NCBI GenBank assembly: GCA_041694815.1
Contig: JBGFSC010000033.1
Span: forward strand, 1 to 64,000
Reading direction: 5' to 3'
Source: Elusimicrobiota bacterium
GTDB taxonomy: Bacteria; Elusimicrobiota; Elusimicrobia; UBA1565; JACRDR01
DNA length: 64,000 bases
The position numbers and the translations under genes are program-made. Below the pieces are notes generated by a model. That model saw only the letters and a program-made list of their open reading frames with translations. It did no database searches and was not told the origin of the DNA. Each line of letters starts with the position of its first letter. Positions within the stretch are counted from its first letter, which is position 1. Shown in pieces: positions 29,057-39,471 of the stretch.

Positions 29057-30567
29057 GGCGCGCCTTGTGGGGCCTGCTGCTCGTTCTCGCGGCGCCGGCG
29101 CACGCCGGCAAAATCCGCCTCGTCGTCTACCACACCAACGACGTGCACGGCTGGATCATGGCGCAGCCGGCGACATTCTCGGCCGACGTCTCCTCGCGGA
29201 TGATCGGCGGCTACCCGGCGCTGGCCCGCCTGCTCTCGCGCGAGAAATTGCCCCGCCTGCTGCTCGACGGCGGCGACTGGTTCCAGGGCACGCCGGAGGG
29301 CACGCTCACCAACGGCCGCGCCGTCGCCGAGTGCATGAACGCCGTGGGCTACGACGCGGTGGTGGTGGGCAACCATGACTTCGACCTGGGTCAGGGAAGG
29401 CTGCGGGAGCTGGTGTCGGCCCTCAAGATGCCCGTGCTGGGCGCCAACGTCTACGATGCCGAGGGCCGCCGCGCCGATTTCGTCAAGCCCTACGTCCTGC
29501 GCCGGGTAGGGGGGGTTCGGATCGGCATCTTCGGCCTGCTGACCTCGGAGATGCGCCGCCTGAGCTTTCCCAAGAACATCGCGGGCTTGCGCTTTAGGCG
29601 CGAGGTCGACGAGGCGCGCGAGATGGTGCGGCAATTGCGCCGCGAGGGCGCCGACGTGATCATCGCCGTCAACCACGTCGGCTTCGAGAATCCCGACGGC
29701 TCCGCCTTCGAGGGGGACAAGTTCCTGGCCTCCGAGGTGCCCGGCATCGATTTGATCGTCGGCGGGCATACGCACACCCGCCTGCGCCATCCCGTCCGCG
29801 ATCCGAGAAACGGCACGCTGATCGTGCAGGCGGGATGCTACCTGACCCAGGTCGGCAAGGTGACCTTGGATATCGACCCGGCGACGAAGAAGGTCATTCA
29901 TTCGGAAGGGCGCCTGATCAACCTATGGGTCGACGAGCTGGGCGAGGACGCGCGGCTCAAGAAAATCGTCGATAGGCACCACCGTTCGGTTGACGGGCAG
30001 CTCAACCAGGTCATCGGCACCGCGGCCGAAGCGCTCGACCGAGGCTATCACGAGGAATCGGCCTTGGGCAATTGGGTCACCGATTGCTCCCGATCGTGGG
30101 CCGGCACGGAGCTCGCTTTCCAGAACTCGGGCGGGCTACGCCGCAGCCTGCCGGCGGGGCCGGTGACCGTGCGGCGGATATTCGAGATCATGCCTTTCGA
30201 GAATGCGGTCGCCACCTTCACCATCACCGGGGCGCAGGTCCGCGAGGCGCTCGAGCATGGGGTTTCCGGCAGGCGGGGGGTGCTCCAAGTCGGGGGGCTG
30301 CGTTTCACCTACGATCCGAGGGCCGCGGTAGGCCGCCGGGTGCGCGAGATATGGGTCAACGGCGCGCCATTGGAGGAGGAGCGCCGCTACAGCGCCTCGG
30401 CGGCCGACTTCATGCTTGAAAGCGGCGACGGGTCCGCGGTGTTCCAGGAAGTCGCGGATAAAACAGTGACCCCCCTCTTGGTTCGGGACATGCTCTTGTG
30501 GTGCGCCGAAAACCATTCTCCGATCCACGCGCCCCCGAAAAATCGTATGATGGAGCTCAAGGACTGA
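29053..30567 (+). CDS. Secreted bifunctional 5'-nucleotidase/UDP-sugar hydrolase
   Basis: HTNDVHG, DGGD.FQG, GNHDFD, GGHTH metallophosphoesterase motifs; C-domain NSGGLR, PFEN. Confidence 0.93.
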   Translation: MRRALWGLLLVLAAPAHAGKIRLVVYHTNDVHGWIMAQPATFSADVSSRMIGGYPALARLLSREKLPRLLLDGGDWFQGTPEGTLTNGRAVAECMNAVGYDAVVVGNHDFDLGQGRLRELVSALKMPVLGANVYDAEGRRADFVKPYVLRRVGGVRIGIFGLLTSEMRRLSFPKNIAGLRFRREVDEAREMVRQLRREGADVIIAVNHVGFENPDGSAFEGDKFLASEVPGIDLIVGGHTHTRLRHPVRDPRNGTLIVQAGCYLTQVGKVTLDIDPATKKVIHSEGRLINLWVDELGEDARLKKIVDRHHRSVDGQLNQVIGTAAEALDRGYHEESALGNWVTDCSRSWAGTELAFQNSGGLRRSLPAGPVTVRRIFEIMPFENAVATFTITGAQVREALEHGVSGRRGVLQVGGLRFTYDPRAAVGRRVREIWVNGAPLEEERRYSASAADFMLESGDGSAVFQEVADKTVTPLLVRDMLLWCAENHSPIHAPPKNRMMELKD

Positions 30568-30568
30568 C

Positions 30569-31156
30569 ATGCTCGAAAAGGCCAAGGTGAAGGTAGAGAA
30601 GTTCTGGACCTTCGGCAAGAAGACGCTGGCGGCCCTAAGCTTCTGGGGCCTGGTGTTTAGCCTCGTCACCATCGGGCGCCTGCGCGCCGCCTTCGACTAC
30701 GACGACACCTTGGTGGACTCAACACCCGCCTTCAACAAGGCCTTTAAGAGCGGCTCGCAGCCCTTCTCGACCCAGTTCTGGTCCGTCGTCAACCGCAACT
30801 ACGACCTCGAGCGGCGCAAGCTCTTGAGCAACGCCCTGGCCTGGACGCTGAGGATTTTCGGCTTCAAGATCACGATCATCGCGACCCGCCCGCCGGTGGA
30901 GGCGGAGGCCCTGCGCAAGGAGTGGCGGCATCTGGCCGCGCAATTCGTGTTCTCGGAGAATCGCGCGGCGCGGCATCTGCTGCTCAAGCAGGCCAATTAC
31001 GTGCTCTTCTTCGGCGATTCCGATTCCGACATCCAGGCCGGCCGTAACGCGAACGTGTTCACCGCCAGAATTCGCCGTAGTCCCAAGTCCTCGTATAAGG
31101 AGGATTATCATCCCGGTGCCCTGGCCGAGTGGGTCATTCCCTTGAGCGAATACTAA
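30569..31156 (+). CDS. HAD-family class B acid phosphatase-like (AphA-like) protein
   Basis: FDYDDTLVDS and FFGDSDSDI motifs, N-terminal TM. Confidence 0.75.
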   Translation: MLEKAKVKVEKFWTFGKKTLAALSFWGLVFSLVTIGRLRAAFDYDDTLVDSTPAFNKAFKSGSQPFSTQFWSVVNRNYDLERRKLLSNALAWTLRIFGFKITIIATRPPVEAEALRKEWRHLAAQFVFSENRAARHLLLKQANYVLFFGDSDSDIQAGRNANVFTARIRRSPKSSYKEDYHPGALAEWVIPLSEY

Positions 31157-32593
31157 ATGGATATTCCCGACCATTCCGCCGCGTACCGCTTCCGCCGGAT
31201 GCTCAATTGGTTTCCGCTCGGCCTAGCCTACGCTTTCTTCTACATGGGCCGTTACAATCTGACGGTCGCCAAAAGCGCGCTAGGCGACGCCCTGATGACC
31301 AAGGCGGACTTCGGAACGATATTCGCCGTCGGCGCTTGGGTCTATGGCCTGTCCTTCTTGGTGACGGGACCTCTTACCGACAAGCTCGGCGGGCGCAAAG
31401 CCATGCTCGCGGGCACCGCCGGCGCGATTGCGGCCAACCTCCTCATGGGATTGACGCTCTATGGAATCGCGAATTGGGGATGGACAGTCCCGATCTTCTG
31501 GTCCTTCATGATTCTCTACGCGGTTAACATGCATTTTCAGAGTTACGGCGCCGTCGCCATCGTCACGGTCAAGGCGCCGTGGTTCCATGTGCGCGAGCGC
31601 GGGACGTTCTCGACGATCTTCGCCGTCATGATCACGCTCGGCATCTTCTTCGCCTTCGATTGGGGCTTCGCGATCGTCGGCGCGACGCGGAGCCTGCCGC
31701 CTGAATCGCTCGGCTTCTGGGGAGCGGTTTTTAAATCCATGATTCCGGCCGGCGCGGGGGTTGACAGGAACTGGTGGCTCTTCTTCATGCCGGCGTGGCT
31801 CCTGGGCGCGTGCTGGGCGGCGATGTTTCTTTGGCTTCGCGACAATCCCAGCGAAGCCGGCTTTAAGGACTTCGACACGGGAGAGGAATCCGTCTCGCAT
31901 GACGGCAAGCGCCTGCCGGTGCGCGAGGTTTTCTATAAGATTGTCACGCACCCAGTCCTGATCGTCGTTTGCGGTATCGAATTCTGCAGCGGCGTGCTGC
32001 GCAACGGCATCATGCATTGGTATCCTCTCTTCGCCGCCGAGGTTGGATTCAAGAAATCGTTCTGGATCACCCAAAACTGGGGCTTGACGCTGCTCATCGC
32101 CGGGGTGGCCGGCGCTTTCCTTACGGGCTGGGCTTCCGACCGACTATTCCAGTCCCGCCGCGCGCCGATGGCGGCCATCCTCTACGGGCTGATGGCGGTC
32201 AGTTCGCTCGTGATGGCATTGACGCTCGGCAAGTCGCTGTGGTGGGGAGGAGCGGCGACGCTGCTCATTTCGCTCTCCGTTATCGGCGTCCACGGCATCC
32301 TGTCGGGAACGTCGACTGCAGATTTCGGAGGCGCCAAAAACGCGGGCGCCGCGGTCGGCGTTGTCGATGGCATGGTTTATCTTGGCACGGGCCTGCAATC
32401 GGTAATCATCGGTAACATCACCCCGGTCGGAGAGGCCGCCAAGGATCCCGGCAATTGGTTTTGGTGGCCTATGTTTCTTGTGCCGTTCTCATTTATCGGC
32501 CTCGTTCTGTCGGCGAGAATATGGAACGCCGTGCCGAGGAAGGCCGGAGCATCGGTCCCGGTACCAAATACCGCAGAAGCGGCGGCAGCCTAG
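31157..32593 (+). CDS. MFS organophosphate transporter (GlpT/UhpT-like)
   Basis: YAFFYMGRYN, WF..RERG, RDNPSEAG, GWASDRLF.SRR. Confidence 0.85.
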   Translation: MDIPDHSAAYRFRRMLNWFPLGLAYAFFYMGRYNLTVAKSALGDALMTKADFGTIFAVGAWVYGLSFLVTGPLTDKLGGRKAMLAGTAGAIAANLLMGLTLYGIANWGWTVPIFWSFMILYAVNMHFQSYGAVAIVTVKAPWFHVRERGTFSTIFAVMITLGIFFAFDWGFAIVGATRSLPPESLGFWGAVFKSMIPAGAGVDRNWWLFFMPAWLLGACWAAMFLWLRDNPSEAGFKDFDTGEESVSHDGKRLPVREVFYKIVTHPVLIVVCGIEFCSGVLRNGIMHWYPLFAAEVGFKKSFWITQNWGLTLLIAGVAGAFLTGWASDRLFQSRRAPMAAILYGLMAVSSLVMALTLGKSLWWGGAATLLISLSVIGVHGILSGTSTADFGGAKNAGAAVGVVDGMVYLGTGLQSVIIGNITPVGEAAKDPGNWFWWPMFLVPFSFIGLVLSARIWNAVPRKAGASVPVPNTAEAAAA

Positions 32594-32725
32594 CGGGTCT
32601 CATTTCCTCAAAAAGTACCAATCTTCTAAGGACACAGCTTTTTCCTGGTTAAAGGCGATTTTCTTATGCTATAATTGTGCCCTGTCGTTGACGGTGCCGT
32701 TTGTGGCCAAATTGACCACAATCGA

Positions 32726-33520
32726 ATGACATCCACGCTTAGACGGCCGATCATCGCGGGCAATTGGAAGATGAATTTGAGCCTGCGGGAATCGGCCGAT
32801 TTGATTCGCGCCCTGCTCGACGGCATCCCCGCCCCAGGCTCGGGTCCCGAGATCATTGTTGCCCCTCCCTTCACCGCCTTGACCGTGGCCGCCGAGCTTC
32901 TTAGGGGCCGGCCCGTGCGCCTGGCGGCTCAAAATCTCTTTTGGGAGAAATCCGGGGCTTTCACCGGCGAGATATCTCCCGCCCAGCTCAAGGACGCCGG
33001 CTGTTCCGCGGTGATCATAGGCCACTCGGAACGCCGCAGGCTTTTCGGCGACAGCGACGCCTCCGTGGCCAAGAAGCTCAAGGCGGCGCTGGGCGAGGGG
33101 CTCCTCCCAATCGTCTGCATCGGCGAGACCTTGGAGGAACGCGAAGGCCAGAAAACCTACCGGGTGCTTGAGACCCAGATCCAGGGGGCCCTGCAGGGAC
33201 TGGCACCGTCCGAGCTGGCGACCCTGGTGATCGCCTACGAGCCGGTCTGGGCCATCGGCACGGGCAAAACGGCCACGCCGGCCCAGGCCCAGGACGCGCA
33301 TCTGTTCATCCGCAAGCAATTAGCGAGGCTGCACGGCGAGGGCTTCGCCCAGGCCGCGCGAATCCTATACGGGGGATCGGTGGCCCCGGAGAACATCGAC
33401 TCCCTGATGGCGCAGCCGGATGTCGACGGCGCCTTAGTCGGGGGGGCCAGCCTAAAACCCGTTTCATTCCTCAGGATCGTTCATTATAAAAAGGAGATTT
33501 TGCATGGATCAAAATCCTGA
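32726..33520 (+). CDS. tpiA: Triosephosphate isomerase
   Basis: [30 protein letters not shown]. Confidence 0.97.
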   Translation: MTSTLRRPIIAGNWKMNLSLRESADLIRALLDGIPAPGSGPEIIVAPPFTALTVAAELLRGRPVRLAAQNLFWEKSGAFTGEISPAQLKDAGCSAVIIGHSERRRLFGDSDASVAKKLKAALGEGLLPIVCIGETLEEREGQKTYRVLETQIQGALQGLAPSELATLVIAYEPVWAIGTGKTATPAQAQDAHLFIRKQLARLHGEGFAQAARILYGGSVAPENIDSLMAQPDVDGALVGGASLKPVSFLRIVHYKKEILHGSKS

Positions 33521-34142
33521 ATTGGCCAAGCGGATCACCGAAAAGGTGGTCGAGAGGATGGAGCGCTCCAAGACTCCGATTCCCGTCGGCGTGTCCAACC
33601 GGCATGCCCATCTGGACCAGGCGCATTGGGACATCCTTTTCGGCAAGGAGCTCTCCCCCCGCAAGTTCCGCTCGGTCAAGCAGCCTGGTTTCTTCGCCTG
33701 CTACGAGACCGTCGACATCGAGGGCCCCAAGGGTAAAATCTCCAACGTGCGTCTCATCGCCCCGCACCGCCCCAAGACCCAGATCGAAATTTCTAAAACC
33801 GACGCCAGCACGCTGGGCCTGCGCCCCCCGGTGCGGGACTCGGGCAAGCTGGAAGGGTCGGCCCCCGTGCGCATCATCGGCCCCAAGGGCTCCATCGAGA
33901 TCAAGGAGGGGCTCATCATCGCCCGGCGGCACATCCATTTCCACCCGCTCGAAGCCAAGGCCATGGGCGTGCAGGACGGCGAGATCGTCCGGGTACGCGC
34001 GGGATCGGGCGGCATCCGCGAACTGATTTTCGAGCAGGTCTTGGTGAGGGTCTCCGACCAGTTCAGCTTGGAGATCCACCTGGACACGGACGAGGCCAAC
34101 GCCGCATGGGTGAAGTCGGGCGACTTGGTGAATATCTGTTAA
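33504..34142 (+). CDS. pduL: PduL-type phosphotransacylase with N-terminal encapsulation-peptide-like helix
   Basis: [26 protein letters not shown]. Confidence 0.93.
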   Translation: MDQNPELAKRITEKVVERMERSKTPIPVGVSNRHAHLDQAHWDILFGKELSPRKFRSVKQPGFFACYETVDIEGPKGKISNVRLIAPHRPKTQIEISKTDASTLGLRPPVRDSGKLEGSAPVRIIGPKGSIEIKEGLIIARRHIHFHPLEAKAMGVQDGEIVRVRAGSGGIRELIFEQVLVRVSDQFSLEIHLDTDEANAAWVKSGDLVNIC

Positions 34143-34152
34143 GGAGGAGAAC

Positions 34153-34452
34153 ATGGATGCTCTGGGAATGATCGAGACGAGGGGCCTGGTGGCCTGCGTG
34201 GAAGCCGCCGACGCGGCGGTCAAGGCCGCCAACGTGCGGCTGGTGGGTTATGAGAAGGTGGGCACGGGACTGGTGACGGTGCTCTTCCGCGGAGAGGTCG
34301 CGGCCTGCCGGGCCGCCTGCGACGCGGGAGCCGCCGGCGCGCAGAAGGTGGGCGAGCTCGTGGCGGTGCACGTGATCCCGCAGCCTCACCCCGACCTCGA
34401 GGGCAAGATGCCCATCTCGCTGCCCGAGACGGTCAATCGCGGGAGGAAGTAA
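34153..34452 (+). CDS. BMC-H hexameric shell protein
   Basis: [30 protein letters not shown]. Confidence 0.95.
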   Translation: MDALGMIETRGLVACVEAADAAVKAANVRLVGYEKVGTGLVTVLFRGEVAACRAACDAGAAGAQKVGELVAVHVIPQPHPDLEGKMPISLPETVNRGRK

Positions 34453-34488
34453 CCGTCGTGGGATTAAAACGAATAGGCCCCCTCGGCT

Positions 34489-34515
34489 ACTCGCCTCCCC
34501 GTGGGGGAGGCGAGT
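34489..34515 (+). promoter_or_regulatory. 12-bp perfect hairpin covering the Shine-Dalgarno of the next gene
   Basis: actcgcctcccc-gtg-ggggaggcgagt, 3 nt before the ATG at 34519. Confidence 0.6.
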
Positions 34516-34518
34516 GAC

Positions 34519-34824
34519 ATGATATTTGCCAAGGTCGTCGGCACCGTCGTTTGCACGCTTAAGGACGAGAAGCTCGTCGGCACCAAATTGCTCCTGGTCC
34601 AGCCGGTGGACTTGGGTCGCCAGCCGAAGGGAAATCCCATCGTCGCCGTCGATGCCGTCGGCGCCGGCGAGGGGGAGCTGGTGCTGCTGGTGCAAGGATC
34701 GAGCGCCCGGCAGACCGTGCGCACCGAGAGCCGCCCCGTCGACTGCGCGATCTTCGCCATCGTCGACACCGTCGAGAAGGAGGGCAAGACCCTCTTCCAC
34801 AAAGGCCAGGAGGCCGCCGCCTGA
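34519..34824 (+). CDS. BMC-P (EutN/CcmL) pentameric vertex protein
   Basis: AKVVGTVVCT.K, VAVDAVGAGEGE, GSSAR, D.AI.AIVD. Confidence 0.95.
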   Translation: MIFAKVVGTVVCTLKDEKLVGTKLLLVQPVDLGRQPKGNPIVAVDAVGAGEGELVLLVQGSSARQTVRTESRPVDCAIFAIVDTVEKEGKTLFHKGQEAAA

Positions 34825-36257
34825 TGGCGCTCGAACAGAAGGACATCGCCGAGATCGTGGGCGAGGTGCTCAAGCGGCTGAGCGCGCTTCCAGCGGATCG
34901 GCCGCCCGCCCCGCAGGCGACGGGGACAGGCGTGGTGTTCGCCTCCGTGGACGAGGCGGTGCGGGCGGCGGCCAAGGCGCAGGCCGCCTTCCAGGAGCTC
35001 GGCCTCGAGAAGAGGCGCGCCGTCATCGCGGCGATGCGCGAGGCGGCCGTCTCGAGCGCCGAACGCTGGGCCAAGATGGCTGTCGAGGAGACCGGCATGG
35101 GGCGCTGGCAGGACAAGGTCCAAAAAAACCTCGTCTGCGCCAAGAAGACTCCCGGAGTCGAGGACCTGCAGTCGCGTTCTTACACGGGGGACACGGGCCT
35201 GACCTTGGTCGAATACGCGCCCTACGGAGTCGTCGCGGCGGTCACGCCCTCCACCAATCCGGCCGCCACCATCATCAACAACTCGATCTCGATACTCTCG
35301 GCGGGTAACAGCGTGGTGTTCGCGCCCCACCCCGCGGCTAAGAGGGTCTGCCAGGACGCGATGAGGGCCTTAAGCGAGGCCGCCGTTTCCGCCGGGGCGC
35401 CCGCCGGAGTGATTACTACCTTCGCCGAGGCGACGCAGGAGAACACCAAGGCCTTGCTCGCGCATCCCGAGGTCCGCGTCAACATGGTCACCGGCGGCCC
35501 GGCCATCGTTAAGGTCGCCATGACCACCGGCAAGACCTGCAAGACCATCGCCGCCGGGCCGGGAAATCCGCCTGCTGTCGTTGATGAGACAGCCCTTTTT
35601 CCTAAATGCGCCTCCGACATCATCTTCGGGGCGAGCTTCGACAACTGCGTGCTCTGCACGGCGGAGAAGGAGGCGATCGTCACGCAGGCGGCCCGCGAGC
35701 GCTTCCTCAACTCGATGCGCTCCGACTCGAGGGCCTTCGAGCTTTCCCCCAAGCAGCTCGAGCAATTGACCGCCCTGGTCATCCAGGAGGGCGGGCGCGG
35801 CTGCAAGGATCCTCGGCTTAACCGCGACTATGTCGGCCGCGACGCCGCCGTCATCGCCAAGGGCATCGGGCTCAGCCTCCCGGAGGGCGCGCGGCTTTTA
35901 TGGGCCGAGGTCCCCAACGATCACCCCCTGATCTGGACCGAGCAGCTCATGCCTGTCCTGCCGGTGACCGTCGCCCGCGACGTGGACGCCGCCATAGAAT
36001 TGGCCTACGAGGCCGAGGGCGGCAATCACCACACCGCCTCGATGCACTCGATGAACGTCGACCATCTCACGCGCATGGCGCGGCGCATGCAATGCTCCAT
36101 CTTCGTCAAGAACGCCCCGACGCTATACGGATTGGGCCTGGGGGAGGGCTACGCCTCGATGTCGATCGGCACGCCGACGGGAGACGGGTTGACCAAGGCG
36201 AGCCATTTCGCCCGGCCGCTGCATTGCAGCCTGGTCGGGTATTTTAGGATCGCTTAG
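34824..36257 (+). CDS. CoA-acylating aldehyde dehydrogenase (EutE/PduP-type) with encapsulation peptide
   Basis: EQKDIAEIVGEVLKRL N-helix, TPSTNP, GPGNPP, FDN..LCTAEKE. Confidence 0.93.
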   Translation: MALEQKDIAEIVGEVLKRLSALPADRPPAPQATGTGVVFASVDEAVRAAAKAQAAFQELGLEKRRAVIAAMREAAVSSAERWAKMAVEETGMGRWQDKVQKNLVCAKKTPGVEDLQSRSYTGDTGLTLVEYAPYGVVAAVTPSTNPAATIINNSISILSAGNSVVFAPHPAAKRVCQDAMRALSEAAVSAGAPAGVITTFAEATQENTKALLAHPEVRVNMVTGGPAIVKVAMTTGKTCKTIAAGPGNPPAVVDETALFPKCASDIIFGASFDNCVLCTAEKEAIVTQAARERFLNSMRSDSRAFELSPKQLEQLTALVIQEGGRGCKDPRLNRDYVGRDAAVIAKGIGLSLPEGARLLWAEVPNDHPLIWTEQLMPVLPVTVARDVDAAIELAYEAEGGNHHTASMHSMNVDHLTRMARRMQCSIFVKNAPTLYGLGLGEGYASMSIGTPTGDGLTKASHFARPLHCSLVGYFRIA

Positions 36258-36265
36258 GAGGAAGC

Positions 36266-36817
36266 ATGCAAGCCAATCTCGCGGTGGGACTTCTGGAGAC
36301 CTCCTCGATCGCCCGCGGCATCGAGGCGGCCGACGCGATGTGCAAGACGGCGTCGGTGACCTTGAATAAGACCAATATCATCGCCCGCGGAAAATACACG
36401 ATCTTGATCTCGGGGCCCGTCGGGGAGGTTGAATCCTCGCTGCGCGCCGGCATTGAGATCGCCAAGGACTCCGTCATCCATCAATTCATCATCCGCAACG
36501 TGCACCAGCAAGTGCTCGACGCCTTGGAGAAGCGCCTGCCGGTGGAGGCCTTGGAGGCTGTCGGCATCATCGAGACGAAGGAGGCCATCGCGGCCGTGCA
36601 CGCCGCGGACTCCGCGGCGAAGGCGGCCCGCGTGCATCTGCTCGAGGTGAGGGCCGTCGTGCCCGGAGGCAAGGGGCTCGTGACCATGACGGGCGAAGTC
36701 GGCGCCGTGCGCTCGGCGGTGGCCGCGGGCATCGCCTCCGTTCCGCAGGGGATGCTCGTCAGCCATGTCATTATCCCGCAGGCGGATCGGCAGTTATTGG
36801 GCGCGGTCGGCAAATGA
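36266..36817 (+). CDS. BMC-T tandem-domain shell protein (PduT-like)
   Basis: Two BMC domains (SIARGIEAADAM.K; AVGIIET..AADSAAKAA). Confidence 0.9.
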   Translation: MQANLAVGLLETSSIARGIEAADAMCKTASVTLNKTNIIARGKYTILISGPVGEVESSLRAGIEIAKDSVIHQFIIRNVHQQVLDALEKRLPVEALEAVGIIETKEAIAAVHAADSAAKAARVHLLEVRAVVPGGKGLVTMTGEVGAVRSAVAAGIASVPQGMLVSHVIIPQADRQLLGAVGK

Positions 36818-37269
36818 ATCTCGTTATCGGCTCCGACCACGCCGGCTTCGAGGCCAAGGAGAGGCTCAAGAAATTCCTCCAGGCCCAGGGGCATGCCGTG
36901 ACCGATTTCGGCTGCTATTCGACGGAGGCTGTCGATTATCCCGATATCGCCCAACTCGTCGGCGAGAGCGTCGCGCGGGGCGAGTTCGAGCGCGGGGTGC
37001 TTTTGGACGGCTTCGGAGGGGCCGTGGCCTTCGCCGCTAACAAGGTGCCCGGCGTTCGGGCCGTCTGCGCCTACGACATCGTCAGCGCCCGTTTTTCGGC
37101 GGCCCACGAGAACGCCAACGTGCTCTGCGTCGGCGGCAAGACGCATGGCGAATTGGCCCTGCAGGAGATACTCAAGGCCTTCTTGTCGACCCCCTTCGAG
37201 GGCGGGCGGCACGAGCGGCGATTGGCCAAGGTGTTGTCCATCGAGTCGAAGTACGGGGGAACCAGGTGA
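36814..37269 (+). CDS. rpiB: RpiB/LacAB-family sugar-phosphate isomerase
   Basis: GSDHAG, VDYPD, ANKVPGVRA, FEGGRHERR; Asp at the usual catalytic Cys position. Confidence 0.9.
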   Translation: MNLVIGSDHAGFEAKERLKKFLQAQGHAVTDFGCYSTEAVDYPDIAQLVGESVARGEFERGVLLDGFGGAVAFAANKVPGVRAVCAYDIVSARFSAAHENANVLCVGGKTHGELALQEILKAFLSTPFEGGRHERRLAKVLSIESKYGGTR

Positions 37270-37547
37270 AGCTGGCTCGGGTGATCGGCCGCGTGTTCTG
37301 TGCCCGCCAGTCGGAGGCGATCGACGGCAAAAAGTTGCTCTTGATCCAGCCCCTCGCGTGGGAAGACGAGACGCCGAAGGGAGACCCGCTGGTCGCTTTG
37401 GATGCCGTCGGCGCCGGGGCCTCCGAAAAAGTCTACTGGGTCGCGGCGCGCGAGGCGGCCGTCGCCTTCGAGGACCTGCCTCCCACCGACGCCGCCGTCG
37501 TCGGCATCGTCGAGGGGCATCAGGTCCGAGACTTCAGGAGGCAATGA
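37266..37547 (+). CDS. BMC-P vertex protein
   Basis: LARVIGRV, VALDAVGAG, DAAVVGIVE. Confidence 0.9.
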   Translation: MKLARVIGRVFCARQSEAIDGKKLLLIQPLAWEDETPKGDPLVALDAVGAGASEKVYWVAAREAAVAFEDLPPTDAAVVGIVEGHQVRDFRRQ

Positions 37548-37843
37548 TGTTCTTAGCGGAAGTGGTCGGCAATGTCTGGGGGACGCGCAAACACCCCTCC
37601 CTGGAGGGCAAGCGCCTGCTGCTGGTGCGGCCGATCGACCCGATGACGGAAAAGCCCCTTGGCGAGACGCTCATGGCCCTAGACGGTGGGGTAGGCTCGG
37701 GGCCGGGCTCCGTCGTGTTGGTGATGGACGAAGGGGGTTCCGCCCGGCAGATTTTAAAGGACGAGAAGGCGCCCGTTCGGGCAGTGGTCTGCGCGGTGGT
37801 CGACCAGGTCGCCGCGGGGCGGGAGGCGAAGCGCTATGCGTGA
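37544..37843 (+). CDS. BMC-P vertex protein
   Basis: [26 protein letters not shown]. Confidence 0.9.
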   Translation: MMFLAEVVGNVWGTRKHPSLEGKRLLLVRPIDPMTEKPLGETLMALDGGVGSGPGSVVLVMDEGGSARQILKDEKAPVRAVVCAVVDQVAAGREAKRYA

Positions 37844-38876
37844 GGCCGAGATCAAGCAGGTCGTCGATGCCGTCGTGCGGGTACTGGCCGAGAAGGGGAT
37901 GCTCAATAAGGATTGCGGCTGCGGGGCGTCTTCCAAGGCGCACCAGCCGGTGACGGTAACGACCGGCACGGCCGGCAAGATTTTTTCGGACGCGTGGCGC
38001 TCGCCAAGCCCGGCTAAAAGCGCTCCGGTCCGGCCCCAGGCGCAGTCCCAGCCGGAAGAGGAGATCGAGCATACCTCCGCTCCCGGCTGCCCGCATTGCG
38101 CGCCCGTGGCCGAATGTAGCCCCGGGCAACTCTCGGCCCTGGGGGTCGACCGCATCGCGGTCTGTCACCCCACCAAGAACTGCTCTAAGATCGCTCGCAC
38201 CGTCGACCATACCCTGCTTAAGCCCAACGCCACCCAGGAGGAGGTCGCCAAGCTTTGCGAGGAGGCGCGCGCCTACTGCTTCGCCTCCGTCTGCGTCAAC
38301 CCGAGCTATGTGGCGCTCTGTTCGAGGCTGCTTAAGGGCTCGGGGGTCAAGATCTGCACCGTCATCGGATTCCCCCTGGGCTCCACCACGCCGACGGTCA
38401 AGGCCATCGAGGCGAGGGATGCCATCGCCAACGGGGCTGACGAGATCGACATGGTGCTAAACATCGGGGCCCTCAAGTCGGGCAATGACGCGCTGGCCGA
38501 GGGAGATATCCGCGCGGTGCGCGAGGCCACCCGAGGCAAAGTCTTGAAAGTGATTTTGGAAACTGCTCTCCTGACCCAGGACGAGAAGCTGCGCGCCTGT
38601 AAGCTCGCCAAATCGGCGGGCGCCGACTTCGTCAAGACCTCGACCGGCTTCGGCGGGGGAGGGGCGACGGTCGAGGATATCCGCCTCATGCGCGGGGCGG
38701 TTGGGCCGCTCATGGGTGTCAAGGCCTCCGGGGGCATCCGCGACGCCGCCACCGCGCAGGCCATGCTGGAGGCCGGAGCGACCCGGCTGGGCACCTCGGC
38801 GAGCATCGCGATCGTCACCACGCCGGGCGCCGCTGAGGCCGCCGCCCCCGGCGCCAAGGAAGGAGGGAAATACTGA
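37836..38876 (+). CDS. deoC: Deoxyribose-phosphate aldolase with ~115-aa N-terminal extension
   Basis: [35 protein letters not shown]. Confidence 0.95.
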   Translation: MREAEIKQVVDAVVRVLAEKGMLNKDCGCGASSKAHQPVTVTTGTAGKIFSDAWRSPSPAKSAPVRPQAQSQPEEEIEHTSAPGCPHCAPVAECSPGQLSALGVDRIAVCHPTKNCSKIARTVDHTLLKPNATQEEVAKLCEEARAYCFASVCVNPSYVALCSRLLKGSGVKICTVIGFPLGSTTPTVKAIEARDAIANGADEIDMVLNIGALKSGNDALAEGDIRAVREATRGKVLKVILETALLTQDEKLRACKLAKSAGADFVKTSTGFGGGGATVEDIRLMRGAVGPLMGVKASGGIRDAATAQAMLEAGATRLGTSASIAIVTTPGAAEAAAPGAKEGGKY

Positions 38877-39148
38877 TGGCGACACGGATCAAGATGCGAA
38901 TCGACCTTCAATGCGGGTCCTGCTCCGCCCTGATCCATCAAGCCGACCCGCCGCAGCGTTTTTGCCCGTGCTGCGGGGCCGGCTTCGAGCGCTTTTGCCT
39001 CAAATGCGGCAAGAAGGTGGACATGTACTTCGAGGAGTGGTGGCCCGAGGAAGACGAGTGCCTGAGGACCTATTCTCCCGCCAAACGCTGTCCTAGCTGC
39101 AATAGCGGCTTGGAAGTCGAAGAACGCGAAATCGAAGAGGGGGACTAA
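38876..39148 (+). CDS. Small zinc-ribbon protein (four CxxC)
   Basis: CGSC, CPCC, CLKC, CPSC. Confidence 0.75.
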   Translation: MATRIKMRIDLQCGSCSALIHQADPPQRFCPCCGAGFERFCLKCGKKVDMYFEEWWPEEDECLRTYSPAKRCPSCNSGLEVEEREIEEGD

Positions 39149-39447
39149 TGTCAGAAATCCGGGAAGCGCTGGGGCTCGTGGAAACCAAGGGGTTCGTCGG
39201 CATGATCGAGGCCTCCGACGCCATGGCCAAGGCGGCCAAGGTGCGGCTAGTCGGCTACGAGAAGGTGGGCAACGGGCTGGTCACGACTCTTTGCCGGGGC
39301 GAGGTGGGCGCCGTGCGCGCGGCCGTCGAGGCGGCTGCCGCAGCCGCCCAGAAGGTCGGCGAACTGGTGTCCGTCCACGTGATTCCCAGGCCCCACGACG
39401 ACCTGGAACGGTACCTGGATGCCATCGCCGTGAAGCTCAAGGCGTAA
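39148..39447 (+). CDS. BMC-H hexameric shell protein
   Basis: [29 protein letters not shown]. Confidence 0.95.
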   Translation: MSEIREALGLVETKGFVGMIEASDAMAKAAKVRLVGYEKVGNGLVTTLCRGEVGAVRAAVEAAAAAAQKVGELVSVHVIPRPHDDLERYLDAIAVKLKA

Positions 39448-39471
39448 GCCCTCCGGGCGCGACGCCGGACG

